Shown piece after piece: positions 1-12,578 of a stretch of DNA of 64,000 nt. The notes below the pieces were generated by a model. The model saw only the letters and a program-made list of their open reading frames with translations, was not told the DNA's origin and made no database searches. The DNA comes from Squalus acanthias (lineage: Eukaryota): contig CM059432.1 of assembly GCA_030390025.1 (NCBI GenBank), positions 76,572,001-76,636,000 on the forward strand. Direction: 5' to 3'. Made by a program: the position numbers and the translations under genes. Every line of letters starts with the position of its first letter. Position 1 is the first letter of the stretch.

Positions 1-470
1 TCCCTTTCACAACACCAACACGCGTGTCCAGCACTCATACAAGAGAGCCATGCTGCCACCAGGAACATCATCGAGCAGACCATCGGGCTGCTGAAGCAAC
101 TGTTCCACTGCCTTGACTGCTTGGGAGGAGCCCCCCAGCACTCAGCGGAGCGGGTGTCCTATTTCGTAGTGGCCTGCTGCATGCTTCACAACTTGGCCAT
201 TATAGAAACATAGAAACATAGAAGATAGGAGCAGGAGTAGGCCATTCGGGTATGAAGGTGCAGCCCTTGCCAGCAGGGATTGTGGGACCACCTCAGGAAG
301 AGGATGAGGGAGAGGAGGAGGAGGAATAGGAAGATAAAGAGGAAGAGCCAGAGGAGGAGGACGAGGAGGAAGAGGAGGAGGACAAGGAGGAAGGGAGGAG
401 GCAGGCAGCAAATTTCCCTTCGGCACAGGCTGCCCATGAGTGCCTCATCAGACTCTGATTCCAGTGAATG
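1..470 (+). pseudogene. HARBI1-like DDE transposase C-terminus (H1)
   Basis: Translates [49 protein letters not shown], then a GAG-rich acidic tail. Interrupted at ~202-248. Confidence 0.85.
202..248 (-). mobile_element. Extreme 5'-truncated CR1-type LINE 3' tip
   Basis: Reverse complement ccgaatggcctactcctgctcctatcttctatgtttctatgtttctat matches the CR1 3' end at ~60325-60372. Confidence 0.8.
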
Positions 471-699
471 AAACCGTAGATCCCTGTTGCTCACCACATC
501 CTCAACAACCACATCCCCATCATACCATCCCTCTGTCACGGAATATCACAGTGTCCTCCTGGGCACAAAGCAGAAATGAGAACCACCACAAAATAAACAT
601 TCCAAACAAAATTAATACATTTATCAATAATCAATTCACACATACTATATCAACTTAATCTTGTGCAATCCCTTAGTGCCTGTCGTTCAGGTGCCCTTT

Positions 700-2575
700 C
701 CTGATCTAGTGCTCCTATGCAGTGCTCCCCCAGTGGCTGCAGTATGGCTAGTGGAAGGCTGCTGAGTTTCTATGGGGGAGACTTCAGATGGCCTTGCAGG
801 ATGACCTCAACTAGCTCTGGACCTAGAAGGCTCAGCTGTAGACTGCACCACCTCAGCGGCAGCAGTCTGGGCTGGCTGGCTGACAGGCAGTGGCAAGGGC
901 AATGGTGGAGTGGCAGTGGTGGGAACAGGAATGCTGTCATCCTGAGAGAGGACAGCAGGGTCCTGCTCCACAGATCCACTGCCACTCCCCCGGGGCGACG
1001 CCTAAGCTTTCCTAGCAATCTGTTGAAGGATAGATTGCTGGTCTGCTGCGACACCCTGCAAGCCCTGTTCGACAGTGGTAAACACAGCTACAATGCAGCA
1101 GACTGAGCTTGTGTGGCAGCAAGCTGAGACAGTAGGACAGCGGTCTACACTTCCACTGCAGCACTGAGACGTTGGGTCGCTTCTGCCTGTGCTGCAATGG
1201 AGGCCGCGACAGCGCCCATCACACGCAGCATCATGGCTGGGTCAACAAGGTCACTCCTGGAGTTGTCCATCATTTCCATCCTGGAAATCATGGGTTCCAA
1301 GCTCTGCGCAAAGCCCCGTCCAATGTTGGAGGCAGACTCCTCCATGCTCCTTGACATTGCGAAGAGGCTGTCTGGCAGGCTTGCCATTGCACCTAGCGAT
1401 TCGGTGTGCATGCTCATCACCCTTCTTCTGAAGACCGCCCTATCGAGGTCCTCATCTGAGTCCTGCGTGCGACCTCGCCCTCTGGGGAGCTGCCCCTGAG
1501 CTACCCTTTCTCCCTGGCTTTACTGTAGCTCACTCATGCCCAGTGCCTCAGCCTGAGCAGATCCCGCATCTACACTGCCCTTTAAAGTACGCGCAGTGCC
1601 AGTTTCTGAGCTCGTGTCTGCGAGTGACAGATGCAGTGACATTGTGTCTTCTTCTCCCCCCTCGCTCTCCTCAATCGCCTCAAGGACAGGCTCTGCTGCT
1701 GCTTGTTCTTGGTTAACTGAAAGCAGAAAGGCACAAGAGTCAGGTTATTGTGAGAGGATGGGGGGGGGGGAGGGGCGCGGGGTGGGGTGGTGAAAGCAAG
1801 ATATCCATGTATACAGCATCAGCAGCTTGTAAGGGAGAAGAGATTGTGGGATGAGGGGGAAGTGGGATGTGAGAAGAAGCATTAGGAATGGGCATACTGT
1901 TGTTGTCCCCAAGGGCTTCAACTTTGCCCTTTCCTACGGCCTCGGTGACTTCCCCTCCAATGATGTCAAGCACTCTCTCCTCCAGTTGGCTCAAGGCTTG
2001 TCCCCCGCCTGTCTGCCACTGCTCCCGGCATTGTGTGTGACCTTGGCCTGCAAGAGAAAGGGAAGTGTGTCAGTGAGTGTGGTGCAATATGTTTGAGTGT
2101 TGTGCCTGCCATAGTTGAATAGCTGTCAGTGTGTGCAAGGTGTGAGATGCGGATATGAATGTTGCAGCAGTGGTAAGGTTGTGAGAGTGAAGTGAAGCTA
2201 TGATTGTGAGATCTGAGTGGTGAAAGGTAGAGATTGTTGGTAGGTGAGTGATGGGGGTGTGGTGCATTGAGCAGTGTGTAAGGCTTGTGGAGCAGATGGT
2301 GGAATATGGCATTTGCTGAAGCCTTCACTCACCTTGACCTGGCGTGTGAGGTCATTAAACTTCTTGCGGCATTGGATGGAGTACCTGGGGACCACGCTGT
2401 TGACCATCACATAATCACATATCTCCTGCCACAGCCTTCTGCATTTATGGGCCAATGGCTTCTTGCCAGCTTGCTGGAAGAGGACAGCCTGCCTCCTCTC
2501 CACAGCCACTAACAGTGACTCCAGAGCTGTGTTTGAGAAGCGTCTTGCTCTCTCCCTCTGCTGCCGCTCAGCCAT
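700..2575 (-). pseudogene. Harbinger Myb/SANT-like DNA-binding gene (H1), 3 exons: 2575-2333, 2047-1898, 1716-~700
   Basis: MAERQQRERARRFSNTALESLL...LWQEI...QCRKKFNDLTRQVK. Donor AAG|GTGAGT; acceptors ttgcag and tttcag. Frame disruptions downstream. Confidence 0.85.
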
Positions 2576-4231
2576 TTCTTCCTAGTTGGTTGTGCTTCCA
2601 AGTGGTGCTCCAAATGGAATGACAATGAGGTGCTGTTGCATCAATGCACCTCCTCTTTAAGTACTGGATAAAGCCTAGGCCAAACATGACTTGGAATTAG
2701 ACTACACCTGTTATTGGCCTACCTGTTGAGCGGTAAGCCAATGAGCAGCGGTTTTAGCGCTGAGATCAGTACTATAATCATGTAAATGAGCACAGAGTAT
2801 GAATTTTGCAGCTACCTCGACCACTTTGACCCGGGCCATGACACCCCCTGTTTTCTATCCGAGTCCAATTTCTAGGCCAATGTTGCTATTGTAGCTCAGG
2901 TTACTCTTTTCTCACTCATTGGACAGTTAGCAATTGTAGCATTTGGGAGTTGTGGTTTAACTTATCTTGAGGTGCTTACAGTTTTACTACATTACTATAT
3001 TTTTCATTACTAAGTGCTAGAAGATTTAATCCATATTCTCAGGGTTCTAAATTCGACAGCCCTCGTAAACGGGTGCAGATATCACAATGCGTGATTAGCC
3101 CGCACCCATTGAGTCTGATGCAGGCAGCATATAAACTTTGTGCTGCCTGCTAATGTAACTGATTTTAGCATGCAGCCCAGTGCTGTTGAGTGGCTGCATG
3201 CCTGAGCAGGGGGCCAATTTTGTGACAAGCTAGCACCAGTTAAAGTTGGCCTGCATTAATTAAAGTTAGCCTGCGCCTATTAAAGGGGAGTTGCAGTCTG
3301 GCTGGAGCAGGTGCTGGAAGTGGCTGGGGAAGAGATTCTGACATGGAAGAACACTGAATTATGGTGAAACAGGGGAGAGAGCGTGCTCCAAGGTTCTCAG
3401 ACACTGCACTGGAGGCCTTGGTGGAGGAGGTGGACAGGAGGAGAGAGGTCCTCTATCCACAGTGGGCCAGGAGTCCCTCCAGACAAACTCTGAGAAGGCA
3501 GTGGGAGCAGATAGCTGTGGTGGTCAATGCCAGAAGTCAAGCCCTGAGGACCTGGATGGAGTGCATTAAAAAGCTCAATGAACTGGCACGAGCAGTCATG
3601 GTCAGTGAATTCATCTTAAAATGCCATATCCCACCAACTGCACCACTAGCTTCAGCCACTGCTCAATTCCCCACACCCCCATAACTCACCTATCAACAAT
3701 CTCTAGCAAACAGGACTCATACTTAACATTCATAGCTTCACCTCACCCTCACACACTTAGTACTGATGCAAACCTCACACCAACATCTCACAGCTTGCAC
3801 GCACTGTCAGCGATTCAATCATGACAGGCACATCATCCAAACAGATTGCACCACACTCACTGACACACTTCCCTCTCTCTTGTAGGACAAGTTGGCGCAT
3901 AACTGATGACAGCAGGAGCTAACCATAGGGGACAGGCACAGCTGCATGACCTGACCGCAATGGAGGAGATGGTGCTCGCCATCATTGGAGCAGCCATCGC
4001 TGAGCCTGTGGCCAGTGGTAGGGCTGAAACAATCAAAGATGATGGTATCCTCATACCTAATCCTCCTTCTCCCATCCCACTTCCCCCTTATCCCAAAATC
4101 TCTTCTAATTTACAAGCTACGGATGGTGTAAGCACGCACCTCTTGCTTTCCCCCACCTCACCACAACCCTACTCATGTGCCTTTCTCCTTTTAAATACCC
4201 AAGTAATGCTACCTGGCCAGGCAGTGGTGGA

Positions 4232-6255
4232 GATCTGGCCTATATGTGACTCCAGACCCACAGCAATGTGGTTGACTCTTAACTGCTCTTTGAAATGGTC
4301 TAGCAAGCCACTCAGTTGTAACAAACTGCTACAGAAAACAACAATAAGAATAAAACCGGACGGACAACCGGGCATCAACTTCAGCACCAACTTCGGACAA
4401 AACAACGGCACACCTAGCCCAGTTGACACTGCAAAGTCTTCACTAACATCTGGGGACTTGTGTCAAAATTGGGAGAGCTGTCACACAGACTAGTCAAGAA
4501 ACAGCCTGACATAATCATACTCACAGAATCATAACTTTCATCCAATGTCCCAGACTCCTCCATCACCATCCCTGGGTATGTCCTGTCCCAACATCAGAGG
4601 TGGCGATACAGTGGTATACAGTCATGAGGGAGTGACTCTGGACCCCATGAAGTCTCATGCCTTCAGGTCAAGCATGGGCAAGCAAACCTGCTGATTACCA
4701 TCTACCGCCCTCCCTCAGCTGATGAATCAGTACTCCTCCATGTTGAACACCACTTGGAAGAAGCAGTGAGGGTAGCAAGGGCAGAGAATGTACTCTGGGT
4801 GGGGGACTTCAATGTCTATCACCAAGAGTGGCTCGGTAGCACCACTACTGAGTGAGCTGGCCAAGTCCTAAAGGACATAGCTGCCAGACTAGGACTGCAG
4901 CAGGTGGTGAGAGAACCAACATGAGGGAAAAACCTACTTGACCTCGTCCTCACCAATCTACCTGTCGCAGATGCATCTGTCCATGACAGCATTAGTAGCA
5001 GTGACCACCTTGTGGAGACGAAGACTCATCTTCACACTGACGACACTTTCGATCGTGTTGGGTGGCACTACCACCGTCCTAAATGGGATAGATTCAGAAC
5101 AGATCTAGCAGCTCAAAACTAGGCATCTATGAGGCACTACAGGCCATCAGCAGCAGCAGAATTGTATTCCACCACAAACTGTAACCTTATCGCTCGGCAT
5201 ATCCCTCACTCTACCATTACCATCAAGCCAGGGAACCAAACGTGGCTCAATGAGGAGTGCAGAAGAGCATGCCAGGAGCAGCACCAGGCGTACCTAAATA
5301 TGAGGTGCCAACCTGGGGAAGCTGCAACACAGGACTACATGCATGCTAAACAGAGAAAGCACATTCTATAGACAGAGCTAAGCGATCCCACAATCAACGG
5401 ATCAGATCAAAGCTCTGCAGTCCTACTACATCCAGTCATGAATGGTGGTGGACAATTAAACAACTAACGGGAGGAGGAGGCTCAATGAAGATCCACATTC
5501 TCAATAATGGCAGAGCCCAGCAAGCGAATGCAAAAGACAAGGCTGAAGCATTTGCAACCATCTTCAGCCAGAAGTGCTGAGTGGATGATCCATATCGGCC
5601 TCCTCCTGACGTCCCCACCATCACAGAAGCCAGTCTTCAGCCAATTCGATTCACTCCACGTGATATCAAGAAACGGCTCAGCGCACTGGATACAGCAAAG
5701 TCTATGGGCCCCGACAACATCCCGGCTGTCGTGCTGAAGACTTGTGCTCCAGAACTAGCCACGCCTCTAGCCAAGCTGTTCCAGTACAGCTACAACACTG
5801 ACATCTACCCGACAATGTGGAAAACTGCCCAGGTACGTCCTGTCCACAAAAAGCAGGACAAATCCAATCCGGCCAATGACCACTCCATCAGTCTACTCTC
5901 AATCATCAGCAAAGTGATGGAAGGTGTCATCAACAGTGCTATCAAGTGGCACTTACTCACCAATAACCTGCTCACCGATGCTCAGTTTGGGTTCTGCCAA
6001 GACCACTTGGCTCCAGACCTCATTACAGCCTTGGTCCAAACATGGACAAAAGAGCTGAATTCCAGAGGTGAGGTGAGAGTGACTGCCCTTGACATCAAGG
6101 CAGCATTTCACCGAGTGTAGCATCAAGGAGCCCTAGTAAAATTGAAGTCAATGGGAATCATGGGGAAAACGCTCCACTGGCTGGAGTCATACGTAGCACA
6201 AAGGAAGATGGTTGTGATTGTTGGTGGTCAATTATCTCAGCCCCAGGACATCACT
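4232..6255 (+). mobile_element. Non-LTR retrotransposon family B (APE endonuclease + RT, 3' part lost; clade unresolved, CR1-group or RTEX-like)
   Basis: EN motifs QPDIIILTES, YRPPS, VGDFN, DLVLTN, SDH. RT motifs GPDNIP..VLK, PVHKK, QFGF, ALDIKAAF.RV. Internal stops. Confidence 0.85.
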
Positions 6256-6257
6256 GG

Positions 6258-6997
6258 GGTCCTGCGCCCGCAGATCGTGACGTCAGTCGAGCGTGCAACG
6301 CCACGGTAGCGCCTCGGACTGGATATTGAGTGGCGCCCCTGCCTTACCGCCTGCCGCTAGCAACGACAGGTTGAGGGGAGCGTTTTGCAGTCGGGAAGGG
6401 ACTGTGGGAGTGCTATTTAAAGTTGACCGCTTCCTGCCTTTTTTTGTCGGTGACATTTTTGCACCACGCATTCTGAGAGAGAGAGTGAGAGACTTCTGGA
6501 GAGATTCAATGCTGTGTGAAGGAGTTTTGAGTACTGAGCAGCATTTTGCAGGTTCACTTTGATTTGACCTTCCTTGCATCGATATAGAAGAGATTATGGG
6601 GGCTGCACTCTGAGCTCTTTCCCATGGCCTCTCCATTATTCTTTCCAGCAGATTGGATGTACAGGTCTCTCCAGGTCGAGATTCAAGGCTGCAATGAGCA
6701 GGGTGTGGATGGAGAGCAAGATCGACCCTCCCCTTTAAGAACTGGCTGGCGCCAGTGTGTCTGTGTTCCATTGCTGACTGACATCACATGAGCTTCGCCA
6801 GCGCTCTGAGGTAGCGCCTCGCTCCTCGGTGTTAGAGCCTTAAGAGAGGTGTGTAGTGCCTGATTTAGCGCTCCAATCACCTCCAGGGGCGATAAAAGCC
6901 AAGTTTGCTGTCGGTGGCGATAATTAGCGCCAGACGCTAAACTTTACGCCCGGCTGATAATCGCGCCCCAAACGGGGCGATACCGAATTTCTCCCCC
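6258..6997 (-). mobile_element. Internally deleted non-autonomous derivative of the Harbinger H5 family
   Basis: 6258-~6620 matches the reverse complement of ~43275-42900. ~6660-6997 matches the reverse complement of ~40675-40348, including the TIR gaatttctccccc. Confidence 0.85.
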
Positions 6998-8126
6998 AAT
7001 ATACCTGTACCTGGAGTGGTTTGTGTAGTCACGGACAAATTATTCTAAAAAGCTTTCAAAAGCTACAATGGGATCTGCAAGTGGTGTGACACCGGGCACG
7101 ACTGTCCTGCAGCCAGGGCAGGGGACAAGGGTAGCACAGGTGCCAGCTCCTTGGAGGGCGAGATCGCACACAATTTCTGCTACAGAGGACTTGGATGAGC
7201 AGTTCTATGGGGCAGGCTACAGAAGAAGGCTGATGGGTATGCAGAATGAAATGCTTGGTGCAGTGGCAGGCCTGCCAGAAAGCTTGTATGCAACGTCAAG
7301 AGCATGGCGGAGTCCGGCACCAAATTGGCACAGGGATTTGCACAGGGCTTGGAGCACATCCTTTCCAGCATGGAAGTGATGGACAACTCCATTGACACAC
7401 TTGTTGACCCAACCATGATGGCCGATGTCTCAGCTTCCATTACAGCACAAGCAAAAGCCACCCAACGTGTGGGTGCTGCCACGTAAGCTCAGACTGCTGC
7501 CATCGTGGCTGCGTTTACCAGTGTTCAAAGTGGCTTGCAGGGTGTCACAGCAGTGCAGCAATCTGTCCTCCAACAGATTAGTAGGATTGCTGAGGCGCCG
7601 CCCTGGGGGAGTGGCAGTGGTTCCATGGAGTATAAACCTGCTGTCCTCTCTCAGGATGACAGCATTCATCCTCCCACCCCTGCCACTGCACCAGTGCCCT
7701 TGCTGTTGTCTGTCAGCCAGCCAGCCCAGACTGCTGCCGCCCATGCCGAGATGGTGCGGTCCGAAGCAGGGACTCCTAGTTCCAGAGCTGCTCGAGGTCG
7801 GCATCCAAGGCTATCTGCAGTCTTCTCCATTGCAAGTCAGCAGCCTTCCACCAGCAATGCGGCAGCCACTGGGGTAGCACTGCATAGGAGCACGAGGACA
7901 GGCAAAGCACTCTGAAGACCAGCACAAATGAAATGCACAGGGGTGATTAGTTGACGTTTGTATGCAATATGGCATGATTTAATACATAAATTTGGTTTAA
8001 AATTTTTATTTTGTGTTGGTTTTTATCTTTGCTTTGTTGCCAAGCGGATCCTGTGACGGTCAGGTACAGAGGGAAGGTAAGATGTGGGACTGTTGGTGAA
8101 TGGGGACTTGGGGTTGTGTTTACTGG

Positions 8127-9262
8127 TATCGCAGTCAGATGAGTCGGTTACGGATAGCCCGGCCAGAAAGGGGCTGTCTGGGTTGCCTCCTCCTCCTCTT
8201 TCTCCTCCTCCTCCTGCTTCTCAGCTGGTCACCGTATGGCTGGTAGCAAGGGCTGTTCCCTCATGATGGTGAGGTTGTGCAGCATGCAGCAGACCACCAC
8301 AGAACTCGACACCCGCTCTGCCAAGTACTGCAAGGCTCCTCCAGAGCGATCCAGGTAGCGTAAGCATTGCTTCAGCATGCCAGTTTTCTACTCGATGATA
8401 TTTCATGTGGCAGCATGTCTTTCATCGTATGAATGCTGCCCACATGTGCATGGGCTGCGCACTGGAGTCATGAGCCATGTTGTTAACGGATAGCCCTGTC
8501 TCGCAGTAGCCACCCTCTGGTTTGTCGTGGTAGCTCAAATGCAGCTGGGACAGCGGACTGCCACAGAATAAAGACAATATGACTGCTGCCAGGATATCAG
8601 GCATTCACCTGCATGATTTGATGAGTATGGTCGCACACCAGCTGGACATTGAGGGAGTGGAATCCCTTTCAGTTGTGGTACATCTCAGAGTTGATATGCA
8701 GCGCCCGCAAAGTGATGTGCGTGCAGTCGATGGCACCCTGCACCATGGGGAAGCCTGCAATCCTCGTGAAGCCATGTATTTGCTCCGTCTGCTGTTCTCT
8801 AGCCAGAGAGAAGGAAATGTATTCAGCTCTCTTCAAATTCAGAGCCTCAGTTACCACCCTTATGCAACAGTGGAGGGCAAATTGGGAGATGCTGCAAATA
8901 TCTCCTGCTCCAGCCTGGAAGGAGCCCACGCATAAAAGGTCATGGCCACCGTGACCTTCACAGCCACTGGCAATGCGGTCGGTCCTTGCCCTGCTCTGAG
9001 GCTGCAGTTGTGGCTGCAGCAGGTGGCAGATTTCAGTGAAGACATCCTTGGTGAAGTGCAGACATCTGACACACTGTTCCTCACTGAGATTCAGGTAGGA
9101 GAATTCCTCCCTGAACACCTTGGGCGGATATGGCCTCCTGCTGAGAGCCCTTCTCCCCCTCCTCCTCCTCCCTCTTCCAGCAGCTTGTCCTGTTTTGTGT
9201 CGACTCTGCTCACTCTTCCTGTCATGCTGCAGGCCAAGTGGAATGCCTACTAGTGCACCCAC
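8127..9262 (-). pseudogene. HARBI1-like transposase (H2), frameshifted
   Basis: RRPYPPKVFR...LSEEQCVRCLHF...GSFQAGAGDICSISQ...IAGFPMVQGAIDCTHI...[14 protein letters not shown]. Confidence 0.88.
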
Positions 9263-9624
9263 GTCTTGGAGCAAGTGATCTGTGCAGAATCCTTGAAGTC
9301 AGGACAAAGTCATTCAGCACCTGCCACACCACTCTCTGTAGACTTTAGCAACTTGAAATAACTGTACAAACCACCAAACACTTCTAAAATCTCAGCAACA
9401 GCTAGTAGGAATCAAACAGCAACTAACCTGCAAGTAGGTGATGATCCCTTGAAATAGTGCTGGTGGGGTGGTCCTTCCTGCTGTTGAATGCGTGTTCAGC
9501 TATGTAACCTTAAGAGAGGGCGTTAGCTGGAGCGTTGAGCTCCAAAATAGCAACGTTGGCTTCAAATCAACGTTGCTCGCTGATTGACGTCACGGTCTGC
9601 CTACTCTGCATACTTATGCCGACA

Positions 9625-11527
9625 GGCTGACAGTGGTGATGTCAGCACCTTTTAAAGGGACACACACATCCTTCAGGTAAGTTTGAATTTAAGCTTTTGG
9701 ACTGTTTTTAAAATTTTTTATTGAAGTAGTAGCTTGCTGCAATAGATGTTAAAAGTTTTTGAAGTGTGTCGGGAGTACTGCTGGATGCTTGCAAGGCCTC
9801 GTATGGTAAAGGAAGGCCTCTGAGAAGACAGAAAATGCTTCAAATACTCAGCAGGTCAGGCAACATTCGTGGAGAGAGAAACAGAGTTCACATCTCAGGT
9901 CGAGATGCTGCCTGACCGGCTGAGTATTTCCAGAATTTTATGCTGTAATTTACAGCATCCACTTGCAAAGGAAAGAGGAAGACACAGAAGAGTAAAAAGC
10001 CAAAGAGGAGGAAGCAAAAGGAAGGATGCAACCCAGACAGCCCCTTTGTGGCCGGGATATACGGGATGGAATCATCCGCCTGCAGTCCCAGTGACCAAAA
10101 CCCCAATTACCCTTTCAACATTTGTCCCACACCTTACCTTCCCTCTGTTTCTGACCATCACAGTGGCCTCTTGGCCACGATGCTGAAATAAAAGCCACCA
10201 CAAAGCAAACCTTCCAATCCAACTTTATACATCCATCCATCCGATACGACATCAAGAAATCAACTCATCGCCCTAATGCATTCTCTTAATGACTGTCTTG
10301 CGTGTGCCTTTGCCTATCCTACTGACGTAACGCAGTGCTACCCCAGTAGCTGCAGCATGGCTGGTGGAAGGCTGCTGACTTTCAGTGGGGTACACTGCAA
10401 ATAGCCTTGCTAGTTGAACTTGAGGAGCTGGTGGCTGGGAGTGTCAAATCAATCTTCTTCTTCACTCTCCTCTCCCTCTTCTTGGTCACACACTGGTTGG
10501 GCAGGCTGCATTCCTTTGGTGTGTGAAATGAGGAAGGCACAAGGGTGGAGTTGTGGTGAGGGAAGAGCAGGAAAGCAAGAGGTGTATGCCAGAAGGAGGA
10601 TAAATTATGAGGATACCAGCATCTTTTATCTTTTCAGCCTCGCCGCTGGCCAAAGGCTCAGCCATGCCCCTGCCAAGAATGGCCAGCACCGTTTCCTCCA
10701 AGGGGGTGAGGTGAGGCTAGGAATGGGAGATGTGCCTCGTGATTGGTGCAGATTGTTGGTAGGTAGGTGAGTGATTGGGGGTGGGGGTCGTGCATTGAGA
10801 AGTGTGTGAGGCTAGTGGTGCAGTTGGTAGGAGACGGCTTTTGAAGATGCATTCACTGACCTTGACCAGTGGTCTGAGGTCATGAATCCTCTTTGGGCAC
10901 TGGAGCTAGGTGGTGGGGGTGACACTGCTGGCAGTGATGGCCTTGGTGATGTTCTTTGTGGAGGGCCTCCTGGCCCCTGTGAGTAGAGGCCCTGTCTTGC
11001 AGTGCTGACCCCCTGCACAAAGCTGGAGCGCTGCGTGCGAGACCCTGGGTGCCCTTTCCCTGGCTTACTGAGCCATTTGTGTTAGTGCTGAGGCATTTTT
11101 TCCGATTTTTTGAGGTTAGGAAGGGAATTCAGCTTTAAGAGCTGAATATTCACATTTGGGACTTCTTTTTAATGTTAAATATTTTTTTTTAAGGCAGATA
11201 GGGCTGAAAACTGCAATGTTTCACTTCATTTTAATTTGTATTGCTTCAGTATGCAAGGCCCCTTTAATTCTCAGACCTCTTCATTGTCCACAATTCCTTG
11301 CGAGTTCCACAGCGTCACTTGCAGAGGCTGTGGGAAGCTGCAACACTGCACCTGCACACAAACTTCACCTCGGATGTCTCCAGCAATGCCACCAGGACAG
11401 CATTACATGGCAGGTAAGCGCTGCGCCAACAATCTCCAACCCCCAAACAAATTTTGCCCCGTTAGCTTTGCAGCCATTTTCAGCGGCCATTAGCTCCACT
11501 TTCCTGGCTAAAACGAATTTCTCCCCC
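9625..11527. mobile_element. PIF/Harbinger copy H3 (heavily deleted)
   Basis: Transposase acidic-tail remnant at ~9965-10095 (+). Myb-like remnant at 11076-~10300 (-): RERAPR.S, EETVLAILGRGMAEPLASGEAE. Right TIR cgaatttctccccc. Confidence 0.7.
9829..9958. repeat. Short foldback repeat (probably derived from a Penelope-type terminus)
   Basis: Arms cagaaaatgcttcaaatactcagcaggtcaggcaacat / atgctgcctgaccggctgagtatttccagaattttatg. A related degenerate copy lies at 18926-19110. Confidence 0.6.
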
Positions 11528-11530
11528 ATA

Positions 11531-11817
11531 GTCTCAGGATAAGGGGTCGGCCATTTAAGACTGAAATGAGGAGGAATTTCTTCACTCAGAGGGTTGTGAA
11601 TCTTTGGAATTATCTACCCCAAAGGGCTGTGGATGCTGAGTCATTGAGTATATTCAAGGCTGAGATATATAGATTTTTGGACTCTAGGGGAATCAAGGAA
11701 TATGGGGACCAAGAGAGAAAGTGGAGTTGAGGTCGAAGATCAGCCATGATCTTATTGAATGGCGGAGCAGGCTCGAGGGGCATATGGCCTACTCCTGCTC
11801 CTAATTCTTATGTTCTT
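11531..11817 (+). mobile_element. CR1-type LINE 3' fragment
   Basis: Encodes RIRGRPFKTEMRRNFFTQRVVNLWNYLP. Tail ttcttatgttctta continues after the MITE at 12582-12590. Confidence 0.9.
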
Positions 11818-11820
11818 ATT

Positions 11821-12578
11821 GGCCCGAAAATTAAACCTAATACGCGAGAGTACGCACTGTGTACTCTCGCGTATTAGATCCCGAATTGCCGGTTTCCTGC
11901 ATGCACTGCGCATGCGCGGGAAACCGGCACTTCGTGAATTGCAAAGGGGGCGGTTCCTAAGTGAACCGCGTGCGCACTACAGGCTGTACGCACGCAGTGC
12001 ACTTCGTTTTTTTTTCAGCTTTGAACGCGCAGGTAAGTGGTGAAGATTTTACACATAAAGAAAGCAGGCATAGGACCCCCTTTTAACAAGGTAAGTAGTT
12101 AATTAAGTGTTATTTAAAATTTTTTCAACAGGTTTATCTTTTTTAGAGACTTTAAAGAAAGGTTATTTTTATAACTTTTAAAAAGATTTTAAATTTTTTC
12201 AAAAATTTAATTTTTTGTTTAAAGTGGTTAATTTATTTAACTATACTTATTTTATTAATGTGATGGCTTTTTTTAAAATTTAATTGAGGTTTAGCTGTTC
12301 TTTTGGGGGTTTGTAGTATTCATAGCTTTGACAGCTCTTGCCATCAAAACTATGAATGAAAGATGGTGTGCTGCCATTGGCTCTAACTGAATCACGTGAT
12401 CCCAGAGCTCGCACGAACTAATTGCGCCTCTGGGATACGCACACACTGCGTGGTTGCAACAAGAAGAGGCTCTGAAACTAAAGTTCGTGTGGGCCCCAAA
12501 CAAAAAGGTAGGCACGGAGTGCGATATCGCGGGGAATCCTTACCCCCGCGGGAACCATCCATGTTTAATTTCTGGGCC
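11821..12578 (+). mobile_element. Harbinger-type MITE family M1, copy 1
   Basis: TIRs GGCCCGAAAATTAAAC / GTTTAATTTCTGGGCC (14/16). TSD ATT on both sides. AT-rich core, GC-rich hairpins. Confidence 0.9.

Larger units (their letters stand above)
1..2878. mobile_element. PIF/Harbinger transposon copy H1 (left part outside window; degenerate)
   Basis: Transposase C-terminus on + converges with a Myb-like gene on -. Right terminus ...ccaatttctaggcc (reverse complement GGCCTAGAAATTGG) matches the other Harbinger-type ends in the window. Confidence 0.85.
3361..7915 (+). pseudogene. Harbinger Myb/SANT-like gene (H2): exons 3361-3600, 3886-4044; exon 3 split by insertions, resuming ~7068-7915
   Basis: MVKQGRERAPRFSDTALEALVEEVDRRREVLYP...WEQIA...WMECIKKLNELAR. 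The exon 3 remnant (AVLSQDDS...SQPAQT) is homologous to H1 exon 3. Confidence 0.8.
3042..9615. mobile_element. PIF/Harbinger copy H2 (degenerate, nested insertions; right terminus not found)
   Basis: Left end GGGTTCTAAATTCG. Myb-like gene on + from 3361; transposase on - at 9262-~8130. Confidence 0.75.

Noticed and set aside
142..539. Pro-rich, Leu-rich and Arg-rich ORFs
   Set aside because: Alternative frames of the GAG-rich acidic tail of the H1 transposase.
6283..6771. Duplicated gene MEHRHTGA.QFLKGRVDLAL (also 40567)
   Set aside because: Shared Harbinger subterminal sequence upstream of the true Myb ATG at 40702.
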